64,000 nt of DNA from Candidatus Methylomirabilia bacterium. GTDB lineage: Bacteria; Methylomirabilota; Methylomirabilia; Rokubacteriales; CSP1-6. Numbering within the stretch: position 1 is the first letter of the stretch; every line of letters starts with the position of its first letter. A program made the position numbers and the translations under genes. Of this stretch, positions 9,528-21,130 are shown in pieces. Below the pieces are notes generated by a model, which saw only the letters and a program-made list of their open reading frames with translations, ran no database searches and was not told the origin of the DNA. The stretch covers positions 37,261-101,260 of the forward strand of contig JBGPXN010000001.1 in the NCBI GenBank assembly GCA_041492755.1. Direction: 5' to 3'.

Positions 9528-10306
9528 ATCCCACCGAACCTGCGCGCGCGGCCCTGGTAGTCCGCGACCGCGCGGTACAAATCAACGGCACTGAAATCGG
9601 GCCACAGCGTCGGTGTGATCCACAGCTCGGTGTACGCGATCTGCCAGAGCAGGAAGTTGGAGATGCGCATCTCGCCGCTGGTGCGGATGAGCAGGTCCGG
9701 GTCCGGAATGCCGTCCGTGTACAGCGCGCGGCTCACGTGGGCCTCGGTGATGTCTTCGGGCGCCAACTTCCCCGCCTGCACCTGGCCGGCCAACGTCCGC
9801 ACCGCGTCCAGCAGCTCGTCGCGGCCGCCGTAGTTGAACGCGACGAGCAGGGTGAGCCCGGTATTCTCCGCCGTCTCCGCGGCCATGCGCTCGATGCCGC
9901 GCCGCACCCCCGACGGCACCCCGCGCATGCGACCGATGGGGCGCACGCGCACGTTCTGCTCCATGAGCTGGGGGAGCTCGCGCACGATCGCCTCTTCGAG
10001 GAGGCGCATCAGCATGGACACTTCGTCTTCGGGCCGATTCCAGTTCTCCGTGGAAAAGGCGTAGAGCGTGAGGTAGTCGAGCCCGATCTCGCCGGCCGCG
10101 CGCACGACCGCGTGCGCGGTCTTCACGCCTTCGCGGTGCCCCGCGATGCGCGGAAGCCCGCGACCGGTGGCCCACCGTCCGTTGCCGTCCATGATGACCG
10201 CGACGTGGGCGGGCAAGGGACGCGAGCGGACGAGCCCCCGCAGCTCGCCCTCATCGAGCGCGGCCGGCGCGGCGCGGAGGCCGGCGCTGGAGGATTTCAG
10301 CGGCAT
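9524..10306 (-). CDS. uppS: Undecaprenyl diphosphate synthase
   Basis: VAVIMDGNGRWA ... LLIRTSGEMRISNFLLWQ motifs. Confidence 0.9.
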   Translation of the reverse strand: MPLKSSSAGLRAAPAALDEGELRGLVRSRPLPAHVAVIMDGNGRWATGRGLPRIAGHREGVKTAHAVVRAAGEIGLDYLTLYAFSTENWNRPEDEVSMLMRLLEEAIVRELPQLMEQNVRVRPIGRMRGVPSGVRRGIERMAAETAENTGLTLLVAFNYGGRDELLDAVRTLAGQVQAGKLAPEDITEAHVSRALYTDGIPDPDLLIRTSGEMRISNFLLWQIAYTELWITPTLWPDFSAVDLYRAVADYQGRARRFGGI

Positions 10307-10321
10307 GAGCTTGCCATCTTA

Positions 10322-10882
10322 CTAAAACGAGAGGATTTCCCCTTCCTTCTTCTTGAGCAGCTCGTCCACTCTTGCGATGAGCTTGTCGGTCGTCTTCTGG
10401 ATCTGATCGTGGCCCCGCCGCTCTTCGTCCTCGGACACTTTCTTGTCGCGGGCCAGGCCCTTGAGCTTGTCGTTGGCCTCGCGCCGGACGTTGCGGACGG
10501 CGACCCGGCCCTCCTCGGCGATCTTGTTGACGTTCTTGGCGAGCTGCTTGCGGCGCTCCTCGGTCAGCGTCGGCATGACGAGCCGGATCACTTTGCCGTC
10601 GTTGACCGGCGTCAGACCGAGGTCGGACTTCATGATCGCCTTCTCGATGGCCGGAAGCTGCGCCACCTCCCACGGCTGGATGACGAGCGTGCGCGGATCC
10701 GGGACCGCCAGCGACGCCATCTGAGAAATCGGAGTGAGCGTGCCGTAGTAGTCGACGCGCACGCTGTCGAGGAGCCCGGTGGACGCGCGCCCCGTGCGCA
10801 CGGAGGCGAACTCGCGTCCGAGCGTGTCGATGGCGGAATTCATCCGGCTCTCCATGTCCTTGATGACATCTTGCATGGCCAT
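10322..10882 (-). CDS. frr: Ribosome recycling factor
   Basis: 186 aa, MAMQDVIKDMESRMNSAIDTL... with the typical RRF C-terminus. Confidence 0.9.
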   Translation of the reverse strand: MAMQDVIKDMESRMNSAIDTLGREFASVRTGRASTGLLDSVRVDYYGTLTPISQMASLAVPDPRTLVIQPWEVAQLPAIEKAIMKSDLGLTPVNDGKVIRLVMPTLTEERRKQLAKNVNKIAEEGRVAVRNVRREANDKLKGLARDKKVSEDEERRGHDQIQKTTDKLIARVDELLKKKEGEILSF

Positions 10883-10905
10883 GGCCGCTCCTTCCCGCCG
10901 GCCGG

Positions 10906-12249
<1,344 letters not shown>

Positions 12250-13011
12250 TCAGGCCTCGGTCTCGGCGACCGCCATCTCCGGCTCCGCCGTGGCCTCGGC
12301 CGCCGCCTCGTCGGCCTCGTCCTTGGCGAGCGTGCCGCGCCCTTCGAGGATCGCGTCGGCGATCCGCCCGGTGATCAGCCGGACCGCGCGAATGGCGTCG
12401 TCATTGCCCGGCACCGGATAGTCGATGCCGGTCGGATCGCAGTTGGTGTCCACGATGGCCACGATGGGGATGCCCAGCCGCTGGGCCTCCGCCACCGCGA
12501 TCTTCTCCTTCCGCGGATCGATGATGAACACCGCGGACGGCAGCTGCTCCATCATCTTGATCCCGATGAGCGCCTTCTCGAGCTTCAGGCGCTCGCGGTC
12601 GAGCTGGAGGGCCTCCTTTTTCGGCAGCCGCTCCACGGCGCCGCTTTCCTTCATCTCCTCGATCTTCTTCAGGCGGCCGATCGACTTTCGAATGGTGGCG
12701 AAGTTGGTCAGGGTGCCGCCCAGCCAGCGCTGGTTCACGTAGAACATCGCGCAGCGGCCGGCCTCCTCGAAGACGGTGTCTTGCGCCTGCTTCTTGGTGC
12801 CGATGAAGAGCACGCTGCCGCCACCGGCGGCAAGGTCGCGGACGAAGGCGTACGCTTCACGGAACTTCTTGAGGGTCTTTTGCAGATCGATGATGTAGAT
12901 GCCGTTGCGCTCGCCGAAGATGTATTTCTGCATCTTCGGGTTCCAGCGCTTGGTTTGGTGGCCGAAGTGCACTCCAGCCTCGAGCAACTCCTTCATGGTC
13001 AGGGCAGCCAT
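12250..13011 (-). CDS. rpsB: 30S ribosomal protein S2
   Basis: [22 protein letters not shown]... The leader has SD GGAGGA and a small hairpin. Confidence 0.9.
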   Translation of the reverse strand: MAALTMKELLEAGVHFGHQTKRWNPKMQKYIFGERNGIYIIDLQKTLKKFREAYAFVRDLAAGGGSVLFIGTKKQAQDTVFEEAGRCAMFYVNQRWLGGTLTNFATIRKSIGRLKKIEEMKESGAVERLPKKEALQLDRERLKLEKALIGIKMMEQLPSAVFIIDPRKEKIAVAEAQRLGIPIVAIVDTNCDPTGIDYPVPGNDDAIRAVRLITGRIADAILEGRGTLAKDEADEAAAEATAEPEMAVAETEA

Positions 13012-13101
13012 GCATCCTCCTTCGGTTTGCCTCCGCCGCGTCTATCGGGGCTCCCTGCGTGAAGCCCCGCACCGAAGTCGCGCGGCGTGAATGATAGTGA
13101 G

Positions 13102-14316
13102 CTACGTCGTGTACTTCGCATTGATCCGCACGTACTCCTCGGAGAGGTCACAGGTCCACACCCGCTCCTCTCCGCGGCCCAACCCCAGGTCGATCGTGAT
13201 CGTGTAGGCCGGCTCTCCCATGATCTCGCGGATTCGGTCCAGGCGCGCGCCTTCCTTGCCCACCCCCCGCTCCACCAGCGGCTCGTCGGCGAAGGCGATA
13301 CTGACCTTGTCCTGCTCCACGCGCGCCGCCGATTTCCCGAGCGCCATCATGATCCGGCCCCAGTTCGGGTCCTGCCCGTTGATGGCGGTCTTCACCAGGG
13401 GCGAGTTGGCCACGCTGCGCGCCGCGGTCAGGGCGTCCCGGCGGCTGGCCGCGCCGCGGACGACGACGGTCACCAGCTTGGTGGCGCCTTCACCGTCGCT
13501 GACCAGCATCTGGGCCAGTCGGCCCGTGAGCGCCTCCAGACCCTGGGTGAACTGCCGGAAACCGCGCCCGCCCGACTCGAGGGGCGCGTTCTCCGCCAGC
13601 CCGTTGGCGAGCACGGCGACCGTATCGCTCGTCGACTGGTCGCCATCGACGGTAATCCGGTTGAAGGAGCGGGCCGCGGCCCGGCGCAGCGCGGTCTGAA
13701 GGGCTTTGGCCGTCACGACCGCGTCGGTGGTGACGAAGCAGAACATCGTCGCCATGTGGGGCTCGATCATCCCCACCCCCTTGGCGATCCCGCCGAGCGT
13801 CACCGGACGGCCGTTCACCTCGAGGCGCAACGCCGCTTCCTTGGGGCGCGTGTCCGTCGTCATGATCGCTTCGGCGGCGGCGCGCCCGCCCTGCGGCGAC
13901 AGCGACTTCACCAGCTTCGGGAGCGCGCTCCGGATCTTGTCCATCGGCAGCGGCACCCCGATGACCCCGGTGGCGCCGATCAGCACCTGCTTGGCCGAGA
14001 TGCGGAGCAACTCACCGACGATTCCCGTGATCTCACGCGCGTCCTTGACCCCCTGCTCGCCCGTGCACACGTTGGCGCAGCCGCTGGAGGCGACGATGGC
14101 TTGCGCGGTGCCGCCGCGAACGTGGTCCATCGAGACCAGCACCGAGGCACCCTTGACCTGGTTCGTGGTGAACACGGCGGCCACGCGCGCGGGAGAGGAG
14201 GAGTAGATGAGGGCGAGGTCCTTCTTGCCGCTCGGCTTGATGCCCCCCGTGATACCAGCAGCAAGAATGCCCGGAACCGCGGTGACGCCGCCTCCCAGCC
14301 ACTCGATCTCGCCCAA
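13102..14316 (-). CDS. argJ: Bifunctional glutamate N-acetyltransferase/amino-acid acetyltransferase ArgJ
   Basis: ...GMIEPHMATMFCFVTTDA..., ArgJ self-cleavage site (ATM). Confidence 0.9.
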   Translation of the reverse strand: MGEIEWLGGGVTAVPGILAAGITGGIKPSGKKDLALIYSSSPARVAAVFTTNQVKGASVLVSMDHVRGGTAQAIVASSGCANVCTGEQGVKDAREITGIVGELLRISAKQVLIGATGVIGVPLPMDKIRSALPKLVKSLSPQGGRAAAEAIMTTDTRPKEAALRLEVNGRPVTLGGIAKGVGMIEPHMATMFCFVTTDAVVTAKALQTALRRAAARSFNRITVDGDQSTSDTVAVLANGLAENAPLESGGRGFRQFTQGLEALTGRLAQMLVSDGEGATKLVTVVVRGAASRRDALTAARSVANSPLVKTAINGQDPNWGRIMMALGKSAARVEQDKVSIAFADEPLVERGVGKEGARLDRIREIMGEPAYTITIDLGLGRGEERVWTCDLSEEYVRINAKYTT

Positions 14317-14332
14317 TGCTAACGATCGCTCC

Positions 14333-15382
14333 TCAGGGATAGACCGGCGGGCTGCTGAGCCCAGTGCGCTCGTTCCAGCCGAACAGGATGTTGAGGACCT
14401 GCACCCCGTTGGCGGAGCCGCCCTTGCCCAGGTTGTCGAGCGCCGACACGCACTTGGCGCGCCCGGTTCGGGAATCCGCCACGACCGTGAGGTCGCAGTA
14501 GTTGGAGCCGACCACCGAGCGCGTCGTCGGCCGCTCCCCCTCGTCGAGCACCCGCACGAACGGCTCGCCCGCGTAGAACTCGCGGTACACCGCGAGCAGG
14601 TCGGCGGTGGAGAGCGCGCGCACGAGCGGGACCGACGCGGTGGTGAAGAGGCCGCGGTTGAGCGGGACTAGATGCGGCGTGAACGATACCCGCACCGGCG
14701 CCCCCAGCAGCGCGCTCATCTCCTGCTCCATCTCGGGCGTGTGGCGATGGGACTCGAGCGCGTAGGCCTGCACGTTCTCGTTCGACTCCGTGTAGAGATA
14801 CATCGGGTCGATCTTGCGGCCCTGGGCCCCCGCGCCCGTCACCCCGGACTTGCCGTCCACCACGATGCCCTCGGGCCGCGCGAGCCCCGCTTTCAGCAGG
14901 GGCGCCGTCGCGAGGATGGTGCCGGTGGGATAGCAGCCCGGCGAGGCGACCAGCGCGGCGGAGACGATCGCCTTGCGATGCAGCTCGGGCAACCCGTATA
15001 CCGCTTCGGCGAGTCCGTCGGGATCGATGTGCGGCGCCTTGTACCAGGTCGTGTAGTCGGCGGCATCGTGCAGCCGATAGTCCGCGGACAGGTCGATCAC
15101 GCGGACGCCCCGACGCCGGAGCACCGGCACCACCTTCTGCGACTCCATGTGCGGCAGGGCCAGGAACACGACGTCCGCCATGGCGACGAAGTGATCGGGG
15201 TCGAGCTCGGTGAAGCGCAACTCGGTGAATCCGCGCAGGTGCGGATACGCCTTGGCCAGCGGCTCACCGGCCAGGCGGTCCGACGTCACGGCGGTCAGCG
15301 AGACGTTCGGGTGCCCGAGGAGAATTCGCAGGAGCTCGGCCCCCATGTAGCCGCTCGCTCCCGCCACTGCAACACGGATCAT
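14333..15382 (-). CDS. argC: N-acetyl-gamma-glutamyl-phosphate reductase
   Basis: MIRVAVAGASGYMGAELLRIL... The track N-extension is not coding. Confidence 0.85.
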   Translation of the reverse strand: MIRVAVAGASGYMGAELLRILLGHPNVSLTAVTSDRLAGEPLAKAYPHLRGFTELRFTELDPDHFVAMADVVFLALPHMESQKVVPVLRRRGVRVIDLSADYRLHDAADYTTWYKAPHIDPDGLAEAVYGLPELHRKAIVSAALVASPGCYPTGTILATAPLLKAGLARPEGIVVDGKSGVTGAGAQGRKIDPMYLYTESNENVQAYALESHRHTPEMEQEMSALLGAPVRVSFTPHLVPLNRGLFTTASVPLVRALSTADLLAVYREFYAGEPFVRVLDEGERPTTRSVVGSNYCDLTVVADSRTGRAKCVSALDNLGKGGSANGVQVLNILFGWNERTGLSSPPVYP

Positions 15383-15389
15383 CGTCGCG

Positions 15390-15788
15390 CTACCGCTTCG
15401 AGTACTGAAACTTCTGCCGCGCGCCCGGCTGGCCGTACTTCTTCCGCTCGCGCATCCGTGGATCACGGGTCAGCAAGCCGGCCTTCTTCAGCGGCTGGCG
15501 AAGCTTCTCGTCGAACTGCACGAGCGCCCGCGCGATGCCGTGCCGTACCGCGCCGGCCTGTCCGGTGGGCCCGCCGCCGGTAACGGTCGCGACGACGTCG
15601 AACTGGCCGTAGGTGTTGGTCACCTGCAGCGGCTGCGCGATGATCATCCGGTTCGTTTCGCGCGAAAAGTAGTCTTCGAAGGCGCGACGATTCACGACCA
15701 TCCGACCCGAGCCGGGACGAATCCAGACCCGCGCCACCGATGTCTTCCGTCGGCCAGTTCCATAGAAGCGATCGATGACGGCCGCCAT
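15390..15788 (-). CDS. rpsI: 30S ribosomal protein S9
   Basis: [21 protein letters not shown]...[21 protein letters not shown] overlap with rplM. Confidence 0.9.
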   Translation of the reverse strand: MAAVIDRFYGTGRRKTSVARVWIRPGSGRMVVNRRAFEDYFSRETNRMIIAQPLQVTNTYGQFDVVATVTGGGPTGQAGAVRHGIARALVQFDEKLRQPLKKAGLLTRDPRMRERKKYGQPGARQKFQYSKR

Positions 15789-16231
15789 CAGCGGGCTCCC
15801 TTCGGTTCCGGCATGGCCTCCGGCTGCTGCGCCTGGTGAGGATGGTCGGGGCCGCGGTAGACCTTGAGCTTCTTGACCATCGCGCGTCCGAGCCGGTTCT
15901 TCGGCAGCATGCCCTGCACCGCCCACTCGATCAGCCGATCGGGATGCGTCTTGATCATGACGCCCGCGCTGACCTCACGGAGACCGCCGATGTAGCCGGT
16001 GTGCCAGCGATACATCTTGTTCTGGAGCTTGCGGCCGGTGAGGTGAACCTTCTCCGCGTTCACGACGACTACGTGATCGCCGACGTCGAGATGGGGAGTG
16101 AAATTCGGGCGGTGCTTGCCGCGCAGGATCGTCGCGATGCGGGTGGCCAGCCGTCCCAGCACCTGACCGTCCGCGTCGACCACGAACCATTTGCGCTCGA
16201 TTTCGCTCTCCTTGGGAATCGGCGTCGGCAT
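15788..16231 (-). CDS. rplM: 50S ribosomal protein L13
   Basis: [40 protein letters not shown]... Confidence 0.9.
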   Translation of the reverse strand: MPTPIPKESEIERKWFVVDADGQVLGRLATRIATILRGKHRPNFTPHLDVGDHVVVVNAEKVHLTGRKLQNKMYRWHTGYIGGLREVSAGVMIKTHPDRLIEWAVQGMLPKNRLGRAMVKKLKVYRGPDHPHQAQQPEAMPEPKGAR

Positions 16232-16284
16232 CGTCTTCCTTTCGGCTAAGTGGGCCACAGAGCAGGAGAATTCGCGCGAAAATT

Positions 16285-16316
16285 GACTTTATAGGAAAAG
16301 CCCTGGGCTGTCAACG
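16285..16316 (-). promoter_or_regulatory. Candidate sigma-70-type promoter for rplM-rpsI
   Basis: Minus strand TTGACA (16309-16314) and TATAAA (16288-16293) with a ~15-nt spacer, in a relatively AT-rich 130-bp gap. Confidence 0.35.
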
Positions 16317-16387
16317 AACGGGCCGCCCGGACGGCGACCGGCGGCGGCTACCCTCGACCTGCCAAGTCGTTGACACATTCCGATGCG

Positions 16388-17539
16388 CTAAGAATCCTCG
16401 TCGACGCCGCCGCTAGCCCTTCTGAACCGGGGAACTTTCTCCTCTAACGTTCCCCGTATCTCGCCGGCAACGATCCGAGCGATCTCATCGTTGCCGGCGT
16501 CAGTGTGATGGACCAGGTCGTAGTAGAAGTCGGATCGCTTCGGGAGCTGGCGGGCGAGGTCGACGACGAGGAGGCCGTTTCGGGCACCCGTGTCCTTGAG
16601 CGCCTGGTTGTACAACTCGAGGACGGCCCAGGCCGCCTTGCCATTCCACTGGCCGACCCTGATGCTCTCGAGGTCGACCCCGGTCACGGGGTCGGAGCCG
16701 CTGCCGTACAGCGCGGGCTGGGTCACGAAGATCGGGAGGATCCCGCTGGCCTGGCACTCGCGGATCAGTCGCTCCAGCCGCCGGACGTAGGGTGGAATCA
16801 TCCGTGTCTTCACCGCCTCGAGCCGCGCCTGCAGGGCGGCTTCGGTCACCTCCCGGCTCGGGGCGGAGCGCACGTCGAAGTCGCGGTCGTAGGGCAGCGC
16901 CAGCTCGGTCGCCCGCAGCCGGCGCTTGATGGTGATCCCGGCACTGACGATCTCGCTCTTCAGCGCGTAGCCGAACAGCCGTTGCCGCCACGAGGCCTGG
17001 GTCGTGTTGTACAGAAAGTTGTAGGAGTGCTCGAGCGCCTCGAAATCTCCCTCGCTGTCGACGTCGTTGAGTCCGACCAGGAAGATCGCCACCTTCGGAC
17101 GCAGCTTCGCCAGGTAGTCGCGAACCAGGACGATGTGCCCGAGCGTCGAGTGTCCCGCGATGCCGGCGTTGTTCAGCCACACGTTTCGCAGACCGGTGCC
17201 GAGACGCTGGTGGAGGCGTGCCGGCCACGTGCGGTCACCGTCGGAGAAGAATTCCTCGGTTGTGCTGCCACCGATCGCAACCAACGTCAGGAAGCGGTCG
17301 AAGTCGGCGGGCGGTTCCGGGCCCCGGAAGCCGAGCGAGTTGGTGCTGAACGTGGTCGAGCGTTGCAGCTTGTCCGACCGTTCGTGGACGAGCTGGATGC
17401 GGTTGTTCGCGTGGAGAATGACCTTGTTGTGCTTCACTGAGGATGGCAACGGGTTGTAGAGGTGCAGGGCCAATTCGAGCAGCACGACGGCGACGAACAC
17501 GTTGATGAGAACGATTCCTGCCACGCGAAGCCATCTCAC
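16388..17539 (-). CDS. SGNH/GDSL-family hydrolase with N-terminal membrane anchor
   Basis: IGGSTTEE (block I), LVGLNDV (block III), DLVHHTDAGN (block V DxxH). GTG start overlaps the nth TGA. Confidence 0.6.
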   Translation of the reverse strand: MRWLRVAGIVLINVFVAVVLLELALHLYNPLPSSVKHNKVILHANNRIQLVHERSDKLQRSTTFSTNSLGFRGPEPPADFDRFLTLVAIGGSTTEEFFSDGDRTWPARLHQRLGTGLRNVWLNNAGIAGHSTLGHIVLVRDYLAKLRPKVAIFLVGLNDVDSEGDFEALEHSYNFLYNTTQASWRQRLFGYALKSEIVSAGITIKRRLRATELALPYDRDFDVRSAPSREVTEAALQARLEAVKTRMIPPYVRRLERLIRECQASGILPIFVTQPALYGSGSDPVTGVDLESIRVGQWNGKAAWAVLELYNQALKDTGARNGLLVVDLARQLPKRSDFYYDLVHHTDAGNDEIARIVAGEIRGTLEEKVPRFRRASGGVDEDS

Positions 17540-18189
17540 GCGCGGGTCTTGCCGGGCCACGGACACAACGCGCGCACGGGGCACGCCGGACACGCCGGCC
17601 GCCGCGCCGTGCACGTGCCCCGGCCGTGCGTGATGAGCAGGTGGGTCGCCTGCGTGAGCCCGGTGCGGGGCAGGATGGCCACCAACTGGTCGTGGATCTC
17701 GTCGGGTTCGTCCGACTTGGCGAGGCCCAGTCGCTGAGAGACGCGGAACACGTGCGTGTCGACGGCCACGGCCTGCTGGCCGAACGCGTTGCCCAGTACC
17801 ACGTTGGCCGTCTTGAGTCCCACCCCCGGCAGCTCCATCAGCGCCTCGCGCTCGCCCGGGACTTCGCCGCGGTGGCGCTCCACCAGCGCGCGCGCCATGC
17901 CGAGGATCGATTTCGTCTTGGACCGGTAGAAGCCGGTGGAGCGAATCTCCTCCTCGAACGTGCCGGTATCCGCCCGGGCGTAGTCCTGGGCCGTGCGGTA
18001 CTTGCGGAAGAGGGCCGGCGTCACCATGTTCACGCGCTCGTCCGTGCATTGCGCGGACAGGATGGTGGCGACGAGCAGCTCGAGCGGCGTGTGGAAGTCC
18101 AGCGCGATCCGCGCGTCCGGGTAGGCCTTCGCGAGCCGCGTGAGGATCGGCCGTGCGCGCCGTTTCTTCGCGTCCGTGGTTTCGCGCAT
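17536..18189 (-). CDS. nth: Endonuclease III
   Basis: HhH-GPD fold, C-terminal 4Fe-4S motif CTARRPACPACPVRALC. Confidence 0.9.
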   Translation of the reverse strand: MRETTDAKKRRARPILTRLAKAYPDARIALDFHTPLELLVATILSAQCTDERVNMVTPALFRKYRTAQDYARADTGTFEEEIRSTGFYRSKTKSILGMARALVERHRGEVPGEREALMELPGVGLKTANVVLGNAFGQQAVAVDTHVFRVSQRLGLAKSDEPDEIHDQLVAILPRTGLTQATHLLITHGRGTCTARRPACPACPVRALCPWPGKTRA

Positions 18190-18196
18190 TTGCTCG

Positions 18197-20347
18197 TCAG
18201 CCCCCTGCCCCGCGGCCCAGACGCACGGCCTCCGGCGTCACACTGACCGGCCCGATCCGCACCCGCAACGGCAACCGTTGCGCCATCCGGATCGACGGAT
18301 CGTACGAGCGCATCGCCCAGTCGACGAGCGGGCCCGGCAACGGCACGCCTCCTAGGCTCAGGCGCTCGGCGATCAGCACGAACGGCCGCTCGGACGAGGC
18401 GGAAAGACGGATTCGGCCGCTCACGTCGAGACCGGGCTGGCCGAGGTTCACCGCGAACGCCCCGTCCTCGAGAATGATCCGTCCTCGCCGGAACGCTTTC
18501 AAGCCGGCGAGAAACGCTTGAAGGTCCTGCGCCGTCACGGTGGCGTCGGAAAGCGTCAGGGCCGTGGCCTCGAGGACGTCGAGCCGGTGGTCGACCGATA
18601 CGCTGACCAGGTTGACGAGCACGTCGTCGAGGACCACGCGGACGTCGCGGACCCGAAGCCGGGAGCTGTCGGGCCTCGCGAAGTCGCTCAGCGTCGCGGC
18701 GGTCGCGCGGATTTCCATGCTCCGGACTCGACCGGCGAGGATGTCGCGATCCCAGATCAACCTTACTTGCAATCCTTCGACGTCGCGCGCCACGTCGGGG
18801 AGGCGACGGCGAACGGCGTCCTCCAGATCCTTGGCCAGGCGCTCGGGGGCAACCTCGAGGTGCGTGGGGATGCGCCGGGCCCGGAGCTGCGCGACCGAGC
18901 CGTCCGGGAGCGGGAACTCACCGATGACGGGATAGATCGCGACGAGCGAACGATCGGTCGCGAGACGAGCGTCGATCCGCTTGATCCGCTCGGCGGTCCA
19001 CGGCGGACCGACGTCCCCCGACTTGACGATCATGTAGCCGAGGTCGAACGGCTCGTCCCACGCGCGCATGAACCGGAGCGGCAAGCCGTCCCGCACGGCG
19101 TAATAGCGGAAGTTCGCCACCGAGAAGAACGCGTGGTTCGGCACCACGCTGACCATGGGCGCGCCCGCGCGAACTTCCCCCCGCCCACGGGCAGCGTCGG
19201 CGTCGCGGACGATGCGGTCCAGGATCTCACGCTGCCGCCAATCCGTCGGGTCGGGCGCCGCGTTCATCGCGATGCCGGCGCCGAGCAGCGCACCGCGGGC
19301 CGCCGGTACGACGTCGAACGCCGACGCCACGACCTGCACGAGCGCGAACACCGCCACCAGCACGGCGACGGGGCGGCGCGTCATGGCCGGCAGCGCGGCG
19401 AAGCCCAGTCCGGCCAGCACCCCGGCGACCGGCAGCAGCGGAAGCGTGTAGCGAAGGTTCTTGTTCTGGATCAAGAAGAACAGCACGAGCGGAGCCAGCG
19501 CAACGAGCACGAGCGCGTGCCGGCGCCGCACGGCGACGACGACACCGACGACGGTCAACACGGCCGCCAGCAGGCCGAACTGCCCCGCAAAGTTCAGCGG
19601 GTAGAAGGCGAGAGCCGTGGCCGTGAACGGCTCGGGATGGCCGGATTCCGCGGCCTGCCGGAACGAGCGGGCACCCACCTGCCCCACCATCGTCAGGAGC
19701 CGCAGCCCGTAGAACGGCAGGGCGACCAGAACGGCGAGGATCATCGCAAGCCCGGCGTGAGCCAGCGCGCGACGGTTCCGGGCACCGGCGACGACGAGTA
19801 CGAGCGCCGGCGCCAAATAGACCGCAAACGGCGTTTTGGTGAGGAGGCCCAGGCCGAGCACGACTCCGCACACGAACGACCATCCACGCCGATTGAAGTG
19901 CTCGGTGTTCTGGAGCACCACCAACGCCGTCGCCACCATCGCGGCCAGTGGCAGGTCGAGCTGAAATCGCAGCATCGTGTGGACGACGAACGGCGCCGCG
20001 CCGAACAGCACGGCCGCCACCACGCCGCCGGCGCCCCCGGCAACGCGGCGCCCGAGCACGTACGTCATCGCCATCCCCAGGGCGAGAAAACCGAGCATCA
20101 CGATCTGGCCGAAGGCGGCATCGGAGGGCCAGGCGAGATAGGCGAGGCCGGCGAGGCAGAGCACGAGCTGCGGATAGAAGGAGGATCGGCCTTCGAGCAC
20201 GTAGCGGACGTTGCCCGCCGTCAGATCGTGCGCGCAGACCACCGCCCGCTCGAGATGGTTGGCGTGATCCCACACGGGCGGGGCGCGGTCGAGTCGCAGC
20301 CACACCGCCGAGACGCCCGCGAGGACGAGCACGGCAACGGCAACCAT
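18197..20347 (-). CDS. GT-C-fold membrane glycosyltransferase (ArnT/PMT, GT39/GT83-like) with large C-terminal soluble domain
   Basis: About 11 predicted TM helices in the N-terminal 400 aa, with a WDHANHL loop motif near the first TM. Start set at MVAVAVLV... to avoid overlap with the upstream methyltransferase. Confidence 0.55.
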   Translation of the reverse strand: MVAVAVLVLAGVSAVWLRLDRAPPVWDHANHLERAVVCAHDLTAGNVRYVLEGRSSFYPQLVLCLAGLAYLAWPSDAAFGQIVMLGFLALGMAMTYVLGRRVAGGAGGVVAAVLFGAAPFVVHTMLRFQLDLPLAAMVATALVVLQNTEHFNRRGWSFVCGVVLGLGLLTKTPFAVYLAPALVLVVAGARNRRALAHAGLAMILAVLVALPFYGLRLLTMVGQVGARSFRQAAESGHPEPFTATALAFYPLNFAGQFGLLAAVLTVVGVVVAVRRRHALVLVALAPLVLFFLIQNKNLRYTLPLLPVAGVLAGLGFAALPAMTRRPVAVLVAVFALVQVVASAFDVVPAARGALLGAGIAMNAAPDPTDWRQREILDRIVRDADAARGRGEVRAGAPMVSVVPNHAFFSVANFRYYAVRDGLPLRFMRAWDEPFDLGYMIVKSGDVGPPWTAERIKRIDARLATDRSLVAIYPVIGEFPLPDGSVAQLRARRIPTHLEVAPERLAKDLEDAVRRRLPDVARDVEGLQVRLIWDRDILAGRVRSMEIRATAATLSDFARPDSSRLRVRDVRVVLDDVLVNLVSVSVDHRLDVLEATALTLSDATVTAQDLQAFLAGLKAFRRGRIILEDGAFAVNLGQPGLDVSGRIRLSASSERPFVLIAERLSLGGVPLPGPLVDWAMRSYDPSIRMAQRLPLRVRIGPVSVTPEAVRLGRGAGG

Positions 20348-20406
20348 CAGCCAGTCGCCGCGACCGTGCGACGACCGTCGGTCCGGACGGGTGGCGGCGG
20401 GCGTCG

Positions 20407-21130
20407 TCACCGGCGGCCGACAAGCAGGATCGAGACACCCAACGGCAGCCGCCACCGCGGTACCACGAAACGCTCCAACCCGAACGCCGTCGCGAGCAGC
20501 CCGTTGACCATGGCGTGAGGTCGCCGGAGATCGTGCCTCGTGTCACCACGCAACCGTTTCCAGCACCGGGCCAGCACGATGAGGGGGAACAGCAGCGTAT
20601 TGAAGTAGCTCACGTGCTCGATGCGGAATCCTGCCTCGGCCACGAGGGCCCGTAGCGCCCCCGCCGCGTAGCGGCGGCGATGACCGAGCGCAACGTCGTG
20701 GCCACTCCAGAGCCACGCGAAAGCGGGGACGGTGACGAGGATCACGCCACCGGGCCGCAGCGCCTTCCACGCCGTGTGCAGCGCCTGCTCGTCGTCGTCG
20801 AGATGCTCCAGGACGTCGAGCATCAGCACGAGATCGGCCCAGCCTTCGGGTACGACGAGATCGCGCGGCAGGCTTCCGGCACGCACGTCGAGGCCGGCAG
20901 CGCGGGCGGCGCCGATGAGCTCCGGATGCTCCTCCATCCCGACCGCCTCGCCCAGGGGGGCGAACGCACCGAGCACGTTGCCCGAGCCGCAACCCAGCTC
21001 GAGGACTCGCAGGGCCCCGGGGGGGCGGAAGGCGTCGACGACTGCGCGCAGTACGGCGAGCCGGCCGAGGAAGTACCAGTGCCGCCGGTCTTCCTCCAGG
21101 TGAACGGCGACGTACGCCGGATCCAGGCTA
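20407..21130 (-). CDS. Class I SAM-dependent methyltransferase
   Basis: HWYFLGR N-terminal motif, VLELGCGSGN (motif I), LVLMLDVLEHLDD. The exact start is unclear and may overlap the aminotransferase 3' end. Confidence 0.65.

Noticed and set aside
18518-20655. Plus-strand 666-aa and minus-strand 440-aa Arg-rich ORFs overlapping the GT-C gene
   Set aside because: Arg/Gly/Pro-rich translations typical of wrong frames in about 70% GC DNA, with no domain signatures.
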